In this document: positions 18,254 through 26,164 of the stretch, piece after piece
Position numbering within the stretch: position 1 is the first letter of the stretch
How the letters are laid out: every line of letters starts with the position of its first letter
Origin: a virus
Lineage: Duplodnaviria; Caudoviricetes
Strand: one strand, 5' to 3'
DNA length: 31,046 nucleotides
IMG/VR virus record: IMGVR_UViG_3300037780_000020
Coordinates: 1 to 31,046 of that record
Program-made: the position numbers and the translations under genes
Notes under the pieces: generated by a model
What the model saw: the letters and a program-made list of their open reading frames with translations, nothing else
What the model was told of the DNA's origin: nothing
The model's database searches: none

Positions 18254-18422
18254 CCTCACTCCCCCACTCCAACTTCTGCCCGTTGGCCTTCCGCAGGCGC
18301 TTGCTGATTTCGATGACCACCCCAGACGCCCCCGCAGGCACCTGCTCGATCCTGCCGCCCCTGGCGAGGTAGTCGCGGACGTGGGCGGCGATTTCCTGGC
18401 GTTGGCGGTCTTTGGTGCGCAT
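18243..18422 (-). CDS. SutA-like RNA polymerase-binding mini-protein (59 aa)
   Basis: Not in the track. MRTKDRQRQEIAAHVRDYLARGGRIEQVPAGASG resembles the conserved SutA core (helix ending FL.RGGKVQ). Confidence 0.6.
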   Translation of the reverse strand: MRTKDRQRQEIAAHVRDYLARGGRIEQVPAGASGVVIEISKRLRKANGQKLEWGSEDAE

Positions 18423-18423
18423 G

Positions 18424-18561
18424 TCACACCACCCAGCCCCACAGCAAAATCAGCGTCGCCCCCGCCACGATCCCCCATAGGCCACAGGCCAGCAGGGCGC
18501 AGGCGAAGAGGAAGCTGGCCTGGCGTGGGGTGGATTCTCGAATTCGGTTGATGAGGGTCAT
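18424..18561 (-). CDS. Small membrane protein (45 aa)
   Basis: MTLINRIRESTPRQASFLFACALLACGLWGIVAGATLILLWGWVV; ATGA coupling. Confidence 0.6.
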   Translation of the reverse strand: MTLINRIRESTPRQASFLFACALLACGLWGIVAGATLILLWGWVV

Positions 18562-18809
18562 TCCTTGCCCTCCGCTGCGGCGATGGCCCTGACAGCAATC
18601 TCTCTTGCCATCTCCAAGTCAGCAATCGGGCCGTTCGCAATATCCTTCAGCGCCTCCAGCATCTGCGGGGCGGCTGCGATCAGGCGAGCGTCCGCTTCAG
18701 AGTTGGCGCGAGCGACTATGCAAAGCTCAGGGGGCGAAGGCACTTGCAGGGACTTCCCATTAGAATCCCTCCAAACGCCATCAGCGTCCCACGGTCTGTG
18801 CTTGCTCAT
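18558..18809 (-). CDS. Conserved phage hypothetical protein
   Basis: ADARLIAAAPQMLEAL motif common in phage genes. Confidence 0.75.
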   Translation of the reverse strand: MSKHRPWDADGVWRDSNGKSLQVPSPPELCIVARANSEADARLIAAAPQMLEALKDIANGPIADLEMAREIAVRAIAAAEGKE

Positions 18810-19369
18810 GCTCCCCTCCTCGCCCGGTACCAGCGGGCTCTGCGATTGAACAGCCGCTTGATGCGCTGCAAGTCTTCAACGGTGTATTTCCGTTCCTGCT
18901 GGTCGTGCTCAAGTTCCAAGACACGCCCCTCGCCAAGTCTTTCCACCATGCCCTTCCGCATCTCAACGATGTTTCCAGAAAGCTCACGATTGCAGCGTGT
19001 GCAGACCCGCCAGATATTCAGCAGGTGGAATCTCAAATGCGGCGCAGCACCACGCGAGCGGTAGTGCCCTGCATCCCAACCCGATCCAGTAATCCCATTC
19101 CCCCGCCACTGGTTGCCGCAGGCCATGCACCCCTTCCCGTTATCTCTTGCCCTGACGTAGGCGTTGACCGCCGCCTGAGCCTCGCGGATGTAATCGCCAC
19201 GGGTTTTCAGCTTCACTTTCCGCTCGCGGTCCTTGGCTCGCTGGGACTTCACCTTCTCCCGGCGCTGGTGCTCCATGGCGCACTTGAGCCCACAGGCCAC
19301 CTGCAGCGAGTTGCGAGGTTGGAAAGTCTCTCGACACACACGGCACTTCTTGGCCTTGGGTTTAAGCAT
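18806..19369 (-). CDS. ninG: NinG/Rap recombination endonuclease
   Basis: KKCRVC...C..KCA, AQAAVNAYVRARD, DAGHYRSRGAAPHLRF, C..CN..LSGN. Confidence 0.92.
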   Translation of the reverse strand: MLKPKAKKCRVCRETFQPRNSLQVACGLKCAMEHQRREKVKSQRAKDRERKVKLKTRGDYIREAQAAVNAYVRARDNGKGCMACGNQWRGNGITGSGWDAGHYRSRGAAPHLRFHLLNIWRVCTRCNRELSGNIVEMRKGMVERLGEGRVLELEHDQQERKYTVEDLQRIKRLFNRRARWYRARRGA

Positions 19370-19829
19370 TCTCGGACTCCAGCAACTCCCGGTACTCGCT
19401 CTCCCGCGGGTTGAGCAGAGAGATCCCCTTCTCGATGCACCAGGCTTCGTGCTGCCTGAGCGCGTCCATGCGCTCGCCCTTCGTCGCTGCACGCATCCCG
19501 TCCCGACCGGAGCGAGACCAGGACAGCCGCGTCCCATCCTCGTCCGTACCCATCCAGTGCGCGGTGAACAGTTCGTGCGCGTCTTCAGCGTCGAAGGGGC
19601 GCGAGTGGAGAACCTTCCCTTCGGCGTTTTTCACGTCGATGGTCACGCCTCGGGATGCCATGAAGTCAGCGGTCGTGCTCATCCACGCCCTCCAAAGGCG
19701 GGCCATGCTCCACCGGCCCGTCCTCGGATCCTGCGTCGTCACCAGAAGGACCGGCGTTTCCGCGAGCTCCTCCTGAAGCTCCTGCATGAACCGCTGGAGA
19801 TTCACCCCCGTGACCTGGTAGTCCTTCAC
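19362..19829 (-). CDS. NinB/Orf-like recombination protein
   Basis: 155 aa upstream of ninG; LWRAWM...AHELF...SEYR pattern. Confidence 0.6.
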   Translation of the reverse strand: MKDYQVTGVNLQRFMQELQEELAETPVLLVTTQDPRTGRWSMARLWRAWMSTTADFMASRGVTIDVKNAEGKVLHSRPFDAEDAHELFTAHWMGTDEDGTRLSWSRSGRDGMRAATKGERMDALRQHEAWCIEKGISLLNPRESEYRELLESENA

Positions 19830-19983
19830 GCTTCCGCCTCCTGGCCTCGAAGATCAACTCGACGTGCTTGCGGACCAACTCCTGCCACTCGGGTCTCACC
19901 TGGAACAGCATGTGGCTCCGCGCCTCCCGGGTGGGTTGGTCCGCGATCATCTGCGCGATCTGCCGGGGCCTCAGTTCGCTCAC
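19666..19983 (-). CDS. Hypothetical protein (conserved-looking first ~50 aa; tail overlaps the ninB-like gene)
   Basis: GTGA-coupled start; PRQIAQMI..PTREAR...V.PEWQELVRKHV. Confidence 0.5.
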   Translation of the reverse strand: MSELRPRQIAQMIADQPTREARSHMLFQVRPEWQELVRKHVELIFEARRRKREGLPGHGGESPAVHAGASGGARGNAGPSGDDAGSEDGPVEHGPPLEGVDEHDR

Positions 19984-20255
19984 GCACGACACCACTCCAG
20001 CGGGAGGGTTCGTGTTTCACGGGAAACACTGGGCACCGGCCAGCACCCGCCGCGATTGGTCAGCCAGTCCCTCGCCCGGGAGGGAATGCGATACCGCCCC
20101 TCCTCGAGCACCAGCCGCCCCTCGTTGACCAGTTGCCGGCACACGTCGGCCGCGTAGCTTGACGAGATACCCAGGTTCTTCCGCACGTCATTCGGCCGGA
20201 AGGGATCTCCGGAAACGACGGGCGCGCTTTCCATGATCCGATCCGAAATGCTCAT
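19980..20255 (-). CDS. Winged-helix DNA-binding protein
   Basis: ATGA-coupled start at 20255; DVRKNLGISSSYAADVCRQLVNEGRL. Confidence 0.6.
   Translation of the reverse strand: MSISDRIMESAPVVSGDPFRPNDVRKNLGISSSYAADVCRQLVNEGRLVLEEGRYRIPSRARDWLTNRGGCWPVPSVSRETRTLPLEWCRA
20013..20028. promoter_or_regulatory. parS-like palindrome
   Basis: TGTTTCACGGGAAACA matches TGTTTCACGTGAAACA at 15 of 16 positions. Confidence 0.45.
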
Positions 20256-20527
20256 GCCAGCACCCACCGGCGGATCACCCGCGCATGGTTCCCGGGACGG
20301 CGGGAAGGCTCGAAGCCGATGGACTTCCACCCCTTCCGAAAAACCGCGCCCCAGGCATTGCCGTGGGTCGGCGTGATCCCCTGCTGGTCTGCGAAGTCCC
20401 GAAGATCATCGGTGGTCACTGAACCCCGTTCGATGGCGATCAACCTGGCCTGCCGCCGCATGATCTCCATGAACCCCTCGTTGCTCGCCTCGACGAAATC
20501 GAGGCCGATTTGCTTTGCCGTACTCAT
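20252..20527 (-). CDS. Conserved phage hypothetical protein
   Basis: 91 aa; TTDDLR, NAWGAVF motifs; coupled stops and starts. Confidence 0.7.
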   Translation of the reverse strand: MSTAKQIGLDFVEASNEGFMEIMRRQARLIAIERGSVTTDDLRDFADQQGITPTHGNAWGAVFRKGWKSIGFEPSRRPGNHARVIRRWVLA

Positions 20528-20709
20528 CGCGTAATCCGCTCCCCTGTCGCTGTGACGTACTGCCCATGCCGCTCAAGGCAGTGGGCCCTGAACTCCTCGC
20601 TGTTCGCGAAGTCGTGCGTGAGCTCGTCGGTCATGGACCACTCCCGCACCCCCCGTGATTTCTGCCGCTCGGGTTTCGGCGCGTCGTGTTCAACGTCGAA
20701 CTTGCTCAC
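20524..20709 (-). CDS. Hypothetical protein
   Basis: 61 aa, coupled to the initiator gene. Confidence 0.55.
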   Translation of the reverse strand: MSKFDVEHDAPKPERQKSRGVREWSMTDELTHDFANSEEFRAHCLERHGQYVTATGERITR

Positions 20710-21497
20710 GAGTAACTCCCCTCCAAAACCTTCAGCGGTGTGTTCGGGCGGGTCAGGAAATCGAAGTCAGCCCGCCAGTCCTTCTTCCGGCCCATGAGGA
20801 AATCCGACCTGCGGACCGCTCCCCAGTAGCCGCGCCAGTTGTCCAGGTCGCGCTCCATGATTCCCTCGTGGATCTTCCGCAACCGCTGGCGCCGCTGGTC
20901 GGTCAGCTTGACCACCCGGGCGAGGTCGGGAAGTTGCTGGTGATAGAGATCGACGATTTCCGAGTAGGGCGTCGGAGGCTTCGCCTTCGACGAGACCGAT
21001 AGGTCTCTAAGGGATTCAGGATTCAGACAATCAGGATTCAGAGAATCAGCCCGAGTGCTGTCCCCCATGGTCTGACCGACTTCTGCCCTTGGTGCGAAGT
21101 CCTGCTGACCTTGGCCGGATTCGTCGGGATTGCTCGCGGCGTGACCGTGCTCGCGGCTCTCGCAAGCCATTGGATCGTAAGGCGGAATCTCGCTTTCGAC
21201 CTCGTTTCGGTGTGGCTTCTGGTGCCGCAGGAATTTCGGGATCCAGATGTACCCACGGCCATCCACCACATAGCGAACCACCAACCCGAGCTCATGCATT
21301 GCCTGCAGTCCCGCATCGACGTTCACATCGTCAGCGGGAAAGAGCTCCATCTTGATCCGCTTCGGCCGATCCTCGAGACGGCCCTCACGATCCGCCAGGG
21401 TCCAAAGGCCGATGAAGAGAAGCCGCTGCTCGAAGTCGAGTTCGACCAGTTCCTCGTTGCGGAAGAACCCGGGCTTGATGTTCCTGGCTCTCGGCAC
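20706..21497 (-). CDS. Replication initiator (O-like replisome organiser)
   Basis: MPRARNIKPGFF, LLFIGLWTLADREGR, C-terminal WRADFDFL...LEGSY; internal repeats. Confidence 0.88.
   Translation of the reverse strand: MPRARNIKPGFFRNEELVELDFEQRLLFIGLWTLADREGRLEDRPKRIKMELFPADDVNVDAGLQAMHELGLVVRYVVDGRGYIWIPKFLRHQKPHRNEVESEIPPYDPMACESREHGHAASNPDESGQGQQDFAPRAEVGQTMGDSTRADSLNPDCLNPESLRDLSVSSKAKPPTPYSEIVDLYHQQLPDLARVVKLTDQRRQRLRKIHEGIMERDLDNWRGYWGAVRRSDFLMGRKKDWRADFDFLTRPNTPLKVLEGSYS
21011..21049. repeat. Iteron-like repeats (candidate origin) inside the initiator gene
   Basis: Three GGATTCAG copies; TCAGGATTCAGAsAATCAG twice with a 15-bp period. Confidence 0.6.
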
Positions 21498-22060
21498 TAC
21501 AGCGCCTCCTTGAGTTGGTCTGCGAAGTCGTCACCCAGCACCTCGCGGATGCGTTCAGCAGCGCGGGTGGCGTTGTTGGGCTGCAGGGTGATTGAGGGCT
21601 TGCGGAAGCCGGCGCGGATGGCGGCAGCGTGGGCGGAGATGTCTCCAGCTATCACGCGCTCCGCCAGGTCTGGGTGGTCGCGCTTCAGGCGGCGGAGCGT
21701 GTGGGATGCGGAGTTGCCGTACTCGCTATTCCGTACATTGTCCGGTTTCTCTGCGGCATCCTTCGCCGGCCTGCCCCGCTTCCCTGCCGCCGGCATCGCC
21801 TCCAGCAGCAGGGCGTGGCACTCGCGGTCGCCCTTGCAGAACTCCACCAGCCGGCTGTACTTAGTCTCCAAACCCCACCACAAGGGGTATTCCACAAAGG
21901 AAGGGAAGTCAGGGAAGCACTCGCCATTCTTGTCTGGCAGGCTGCGCCAGACCCCGTCCTCGAGGATGCGGCGGATCACTGTGGGCAAAGCCTCCAGCGC
22001 CCCGCCGCCCCGAGAAAGGCACTCCTGGGCGTCGCGCAGCACCTTCTCAGGCGGCCGCAT
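21497..22060 (-). CDS. Uncharacterised helicase-partner protein (187 aa), probably DNA binding
   Basis: Start ATG 22060 overlaps the helicase 3' end; KRGRP, then GNSASHTLRRLKRDHPDLAERVIAGDISAHAAAIRAG helical region. Confidence 0.7.
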   Translation of the reverse strand: MRPPEKVLRDAQECLSRGGGALEALPTVIRRILEDGVWRSLPDKNGECFPDFPSFVEYPLWWGLETKYSRLVEFCKGDRECHALLLEAMPAAGKRGRPAKDAAEKPDNVRNSEYGNSASHTLRRLKRDHPDLAERVIAGDISAHAAAIRAGFRKPSITLQPNNATRAAERIREVLGDDFADQLKEAL

Positions 22061-23933
22061 TGTCCTGGCCCCCGGTGTACGCCTTGAGGAACTCTTCGAC
22101 CTGAGCCATCGTTTCGATGGGATGGTTGTCGCACAGGTCATCCAGGTTCTTGACCCCAAACCGCTTGTGGATCGTCACCCACACCGACGCGAACGCGGGC
22201 TTATCAGGGTCAAGACGTAGCGCGATGGTGCGGGCCAGCCTGTTGATCTTGTTGCGGAGCGCCTTCTTTCGTGCGTGCAGCGGCTCTCCTATCTCGTCGA
22301 TCTCCGGGATCTCGACACCTTCCTTGCGAAGGATGTGCGCCACCACGGCTACCGGGACGCCCGCTAGCTTTGGATCCCCGGCCTTGAGTCGCTCGGCGTG
22401 GTTAATCTCCGCAGCCGTGAACTGCTCGCCCATGGCGACGCCGCCGTCGTGCTCGTGCGTCGCCCCCAACGCCGAAAACTCTACCTTGTCGCGCTCGCCT
22501 TCTGCTGCCTCGCGCTTGGTGCGCTCTCGAAGGCCGGCCTGAGCCTCTGCCTCGATCCGCTTGGCCCACTCCTCGAGCTTTGCGAACCGGGCCATGAAGA
22601 CGGTCGCCTCTTCCGGGTTGTCCCGGTCGATGACGCGGACAACACGGCCAACAAGCTGCCGGAAGAGCAACTCCGTACCCGGGACGCTGGCAAGCACCTG
22701 CACCCGGAGGCGCTTTATGTCAACGCCCTCGCTCACTTTGCGGACGGAGCAGAGCCAGCGAGTCTCCCCTTTGCGGAATTGCTCGATCTTGAGGTTTGCC
22801 TCCGGGTCGTCGTGGGTGATGACCACCGGGGACTCGCCGGTAACTCGTCGCACCGTCTTGGCAACCTGGTGGAGGTGACGGTCGTCGTTGTCGTCGGCGC
22901 CAGGGCGGCAGATGACAATCCCGCCCGGGCGGTAGCCGCGGCCCTCTGCCTCATACTCGTCAAGCTTGGCGTCGGCTTTCTGAATGACCGCCTTGAGGAA
23001 GTCGGACTCCTGGTGGAATACCACCGCAGCAACCCGGCCTACCTCCCCGCTTTCCGCGTCAGAGATCCGAACCGAGTGCCGGTCCTCTTCGATCACATAG
23101 TCAGCAACCCCGTTGTCGTGGGCGAAGAAGACCTCGCGGCATACCCGGTCAGCAACCGCCCGGCGGTAGGTGTACTTCGCGTGCGGGATGGCGACCTGGT
23201 TGTCGTCATACTGGACGAAAGCAATGCGCCGCCCGTCCCCGCGGAACGGCGTTCCAGACATTGCCAGCACAAACTCCGACGCCTCGCCAACCCTGTCTGC
23301 AGCAACGCCCCAGGTGTTCTCGTCACAGGCGTGATGAACCTCATCGAAAACGACGAGAATGCGGACCCCAAGGCTGCGCCAGGTCTCGATGTACCCGGCA
23401 AGGTTGGGAAGCTGGGCATAGGTAACCACTGCGCCCTGGTAGCCTTTCGGCGGCGGGCCAGCCTTCGTCTTCAGCGTTGTCGTGATCTGAACGCCGGTTT
23501 TGTGCCAGTCGCCGAGGAAACCTGCTTCCTTGTCGCCCTTCAGTGCAGTGGTCGGCACCACAATCAGAGCGAAGTCAACGGTGCCGTCGTCCAGCATCTC
23601 CCGGGCAACGAGACCGGAAAAAATTGTCTTGCCTGCGCCGGGGCACGCCTCGAGGAGGAACGCGCCCTCGCTGTGAGCGAGCACTTTCGGCAGCGCGTCC
23701 TTCTGCCACCCGCGGGGTTGGATGTTTGTCATGGTAGTTCTCCCATGTATTGACTTGTGGCACGCCCTGCAGAGGGCCATGCCGTTGGTGATCTCGGTGG
23801 TGCCGCCATCGGCATACCGAGTCCGGTGGTGCGCCTCCCAGTCGTCCGAGAGGGCTTCACCACATCGCTCGCACCTGCCACCGGCTGCGATGTACAAGTG
23901 CTTTTTCTGGGAATTGGAGAAAAGGCGCCTCAC
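22047..23933 (-). CDS. HNH endonuclease - SF2 (DExH) helicase fusion, 628 aa
   Basis: GTG start coupled to the cII stop; CERC..EAHH..GG..NGMALCRACH; then ACPGAGKT, DEVHH, SGTP, SEGVD, QLVGRVVR. Confidence 0.88.
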   Translation of the reverse strand: MRRLFSNSQKKHLYIAAGGRCERCGEALSDDWEAHHRTRYADGGTTEITNGMALCRACHKSIHGRTTMTNIQPRGWQKDALPKVLAHSEGAFLLEACPGAGKTIFSGLVAREMLDDGTVDFALIVVPTTALKGDKEAGFLGDWHKTGVQITTTLKTKAGPPPKGYQGAVVTYAQLPNLAGYIETWRSLGVRILVVFDEVHHACDENTWGVAADRVGEASEFVLAMSGTPFRGDGRRIAFVQYDDNQVAIPHAKYTYRRAVADRVCREVFFAHDNGVADYVIEEDRHSVRISDAESGEVGRVAAVVFHQESDFLKAVIQKADAKLDEYEAEGRGYRPGGIVICRPGADDNDDRHLHQVAKTVRRVTGESPVVITHDDPEANLKIEQFRKGETRWLCSVRKVSEGVDIKRLRVQVLASVPGTELLFRQLVGRVVRVIDRDNPEEATVFMARFAKLEEWAKRIEAEAQAGLRERTKREAAEGERDKVEFSALGATHEHDGGVAMGEQFTAAEINHAERLKAGDPKLAGVPVAVVAHILRKEGVEIPEIDEIGEPLHARKKALRNKINRLARTIALRLDPDKPAFASVWVTIHKRFGVKNLDDLCDNHPIETMAQVEEFLKAYTGGQDNAAA

Positions 23934-24325
23934 GCCACCCCCTTCACCACCGGAAGGTTGAGCCGCTCCATGCGCTTGAGCATCTGGCTCATCTGCTCCT
24001 GGGCGGCGATGAACTGGCGCTGCAGTTCCGCGGCCTCGTCCTCTGGCTCGACGGGGTGCGGGTCGGCGTAGCCAGCCTCCCGGCACATGAACGCCATGGC
24101 GGAATGGATCCCGCGCTTTCGCCCCTCGACCAGAATCCAAAGCACGTCGCTCGGGTGTAATTGCTGCGCGTGGTCAGGGTTCAGGCAGTTCGCCAGCTTG
24201 CGCCCGGCCTGGTCTGCAGACTGCGTTGGCCAGAGCTCAACACCCACCCGCTTCATGCCGCCGAGCCCAGCAATGACGTGGCCTAGAGCGGCGTTCAGAT
24301 CCTCGTGGAACATCTCTTCTTGCAT
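23930..24325 (-). CDS. CII-like regulator
   Basis: Downstream of cro; GGMKRVG..LWP, KLANCLNPD motifs. Confidence 0.75.
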   Translation of the reverse strand: MQEEMFHEDLNAALGHVIAGLGGMKRVGVELWPTQSADQAGRKLANCLNPDHAQQLHPSDVLWILVEGRKRGIHSAMAFMCREAGYADPHPVEPEDEAAELQRQFIAAQEQMSQMLKRMERLNLPVVKGVA

Positions 24326-24370
24326 CGTTACGACCTCGTCTTATGGCGTCGTAAGGCGGTTTTCAGCGAT

Positions 24371-24395
24371 AAAAAAACCGCGCACAGGGCGCGGT
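24371..24395 (-). terminator. tR1-like terminator after cro
   Basis: ACCGCGC-CCTGT-GCGCGGT followed by a T run. Confidence 0.75.
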
Positions 24396-24595
24396 CAGGC
24401 GGCGCTATCTCGGGTCAGGTAGAAGTACAGCCGCTCGACCGTGTTGACCGATGGGTCGCTGACCTCGCCGTAGCGAATTTTTTTGATGGTGCTGAGAGGG
24501 ATGCCGGTTTTGTCGGCAATCTCCTGCCAGCGCGAGCGGCCTTCAGAGGCCAGGATTTCCCGAACAGTCGGGAGGAGGATCGGCTCATGCTTCAT
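24395..24595 (-). CDS. cro: Cro-like HTH repressor (66 aa)
   Basis: WQEIADKTGIPLSTIKKI..G...P; divergent from cI; AGGTG SD. Confidence 0.85.
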   Translation of the reverse strand: MKHEPILLPTVREILASEGRSRWQEIADKTGIPLSTIKKIRYGEVSDPSVNTVERLYFYLTRDSAA

Positions 24596-24605
24596 GGTGT
24601 ACACC

Positions 24606-24691
24606 TGTCCCGTCGATGGGACAAGTATATGGATGGATTACCAGCAGCGTCAACCCGCATCTGGGACACGCGCCGTCCTACAATAGGGACC
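24606..24691. promoter_or_regulatory. OR region: three 18-bp operators with pR and pRM
   Basis: TGTCCC-N6-GGGACA (24606-23), CAACCC-N6-GGGACA (24651-68), CGTCCT-N6-GGGACC (24674-91). pR is TTGACG-18-TATACT on the minus strand; pRM -10 is TACAAT at 24679. Confidence 0.85.
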
Positions 24692-25072
24692 ATGAGACAA
24701 AAAGCCCCATTGGATGAAAACGTAAGCAGGAACGTGCGGTTCCTGATGGAGCGCCATGGGGACAACCTGCGGACGCTGGCAAGCCGCTGCGGCGTGTCCA
24801 AATCCACGGTCCAGCGCATCGTCGCTGGCGACCAGGCGGCCAGCATTGAGCACTGCCACGCAATAGCGAAGGCATACGGGCTGCAAGGCTGGAACCTCCT
24901 CCACCCTGACCTTCCACGCGATCTTGAGGACGGCGGCACCCTCGCCCGTCTCATCAATGCGTACTTCCGGTCCAGCCGAAGCGGCCGGGCGAACATCAAC
25001 CGAGTCGCGGAGCTCGAGGCGCGCTACACTGAAACCGAGCCAAACGGAGAACCAACAGGCACGGAGGGGTAG
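24692..25072 (+). CDS. CI-like XRE repressor without S24 peptidase domain (126 aa)
   Basis: NLRTLASRCGVSKSTVQRI HTH; divergent from cro. Confidence 0.85.
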   Translation: MRQKAPLDENVSRNVRFLMERHGDNLRTLASRCGVSKSTVQRIVAGDQAASIEHCHAIAKAYGLQGWNLLHPDLPRDLEDGGTLARLINAYFRSSRSGRANINRVAELEARYTETEPNGEPTGTEG

Positions 25073-25074
25073 CT

Positions 25075-25398
25075 ATGGCAATGATTGAATGCAGCGAATG
25101 CGGGAAGGCGGTTTCGGACAAGGCCGCGAACTGCCCAGGCTGCGGGGCGCCGATTGCGACAGACCGCGAGGCATACGGAAGCGGTGTCGATCACCTCACG
25201 ACCACGCAAGGCACGTCGAAGCGCCTGAAACTGCAATCCGTCTTTGCCGTCCTGCTGATGATCTTCGGGGGTTGCATGGTCTACGTCACCGCCAGCGTCG
25301 ATGCTTCAGACCCCAGCATGGCGGGGGCGTGGATGTTTTTCATCGGTCTCGTCTGGTACATCGCCACCCGCGTCAGGATCTGGTGGCACCACTCCTAG
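25075..25398 (+). CDS. Zinc-ribbon, two-TM membrane protein co-transcribed with cI
   Basis: CSECG..VSDKA..CPGCG followed by two hydrophobic helices. Confidence 0.8.
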   Translation: MAMIECSECGKAVSDKAANCPGCGAPIATDREAYGSGVDHLTTTQGTSKRLKLQSVFAVLLMIFGGCMVYVTASVDASDPSMAGAWMFFIGLVWYIATRVRIWWHHS

Positions 25399-25419
25399 AC
25401 CTGTAGCGTTTTCAAGCAG

Positions 25420-25444
25420 GCCCGCCGAGCGCGGGCATTTTTTT
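25420..25444 (+). terminator. Terminator of the immunity operon
   Basis: GCCCGC-CGAGC-GCGGGC followed by ATTTTTTT. Confidence 0.8.
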
Positions 25445-25452
25445 GTCCGCCC

Positions 25453-25503
25453 TGTCCCATATACGGGTTGCAATCTCGCTTCCGCTGTCCTACATTAGGG
25501 ACG
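25453..25503 (+). promoter_or_regulatory. OL region: two operators overlapping pL
   Basis: TGTCCC-N6-GGGTTG (25453-70) and TGTCCT-N6-GGGACG (25486-503); promoter TTGCAA-17-TACATT. Confidence 0.85.
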
Positions 25504-25529
25504 TTATTAACGCAAACAGGAGCAGGGAC

Positions 25530-25766
25530 ATGGAACTCAACGGCTACAGCTACAAGCGCTTTCCAGACCACAAAGGCGGCCAAGTGCACGTTGTTACAAC
25601 GAGGCTGGGGCGATTCCAGGGCACCACCAAGGACGAAGCCGACCTCGCCGCCTACATGGCCGAGCGGGCCCACCAGCACCGTCTTGAGCAGGCGGAAGCG
25701 CACAGGCAGATGGTGCTTGAAGAACAGCGGGCGGCGCTGGCCTTCACTGACGCGAGGGGACGGTGA
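25530..25766 (+). CDS. First pL gene, hypothetical (78 aa)
   Basis: AGGAG SD before ATG 25530. Confidence 0.7.
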   Translation: MELNGYSYKRFPDHKGGQVHVVTTRLGRFQGTTKDEADLAAYMAERAHQHRLEQAEAHRQMVLEEQRAALAFTDARGR

Positions 25767-26164
25767 TGGACGGACATCTGATGAGCGTAGATCGCGCTGC
25801 CGAGCGGGCACGGGACGCAGACGAACGGCGGGAGGAGGATCGCATCGTTTGCCCGGCTGAGTCGGCAGAGCTGATCGACGCATGGCTCGCACGCCAGAAG
25901 CCAGAGCTGCATTACCTCGAAACGGTGGATGCGCTGGACTGGTATCAGGACCACACCGAAGCGCTACACCTGCCGCATGACGACCACGAAAGCAACCAGG
26001 TCATCGCCTCGCGCCTTCGCGCCGATCTGTACGCAGCGGCCAAGGCATCTGACGAGGAAGCATGGGATACCGAGGCGCGGATAGCAGTGCAGATCGTCCG
26101 CGGGCTGCGGAGCAACCTTCGGATATGGGTGGAAGAGACAGACGAAATAGGGATGGCGATATGA
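25766..26164 (+). CDS. Hypothetical protein
   Basis: About 132 aa, acidic and helical; coupled to both neighbours. Confidence 0.65.
   Translation: MDGHLMSVDRAAERARDADERREEDRIVCPAESAELIDAWLARQKPELHYLETVDALDWYQDHTEALHLPHDDHESNQVIASRLRADLYAAAKASDEEAWDTEARIAVQIVRGLRSNLRIWVEETDEIGMAI

Noticed and set aside
17840-18640. 266-aa Q as given in the track
   Set aside because: The upstream part is better explained by two small coupled genes in other frames; the Q-like sequence starts at 18253.
22398-23753. 451-aa plus-strand ORF
   Set aside because: Antisense shadow of the helicase gene.
23934-24140. N-terminal extension of the helicase ORF
   Set aside because: It overlaps cII; the GTGA-coupled start at 23933 is more plausible.
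24305-24691. N-terminal extension of cI (255-aa version)
   Set aside because: It overlaps cro and the operators; ATG 24692 fits pRM.
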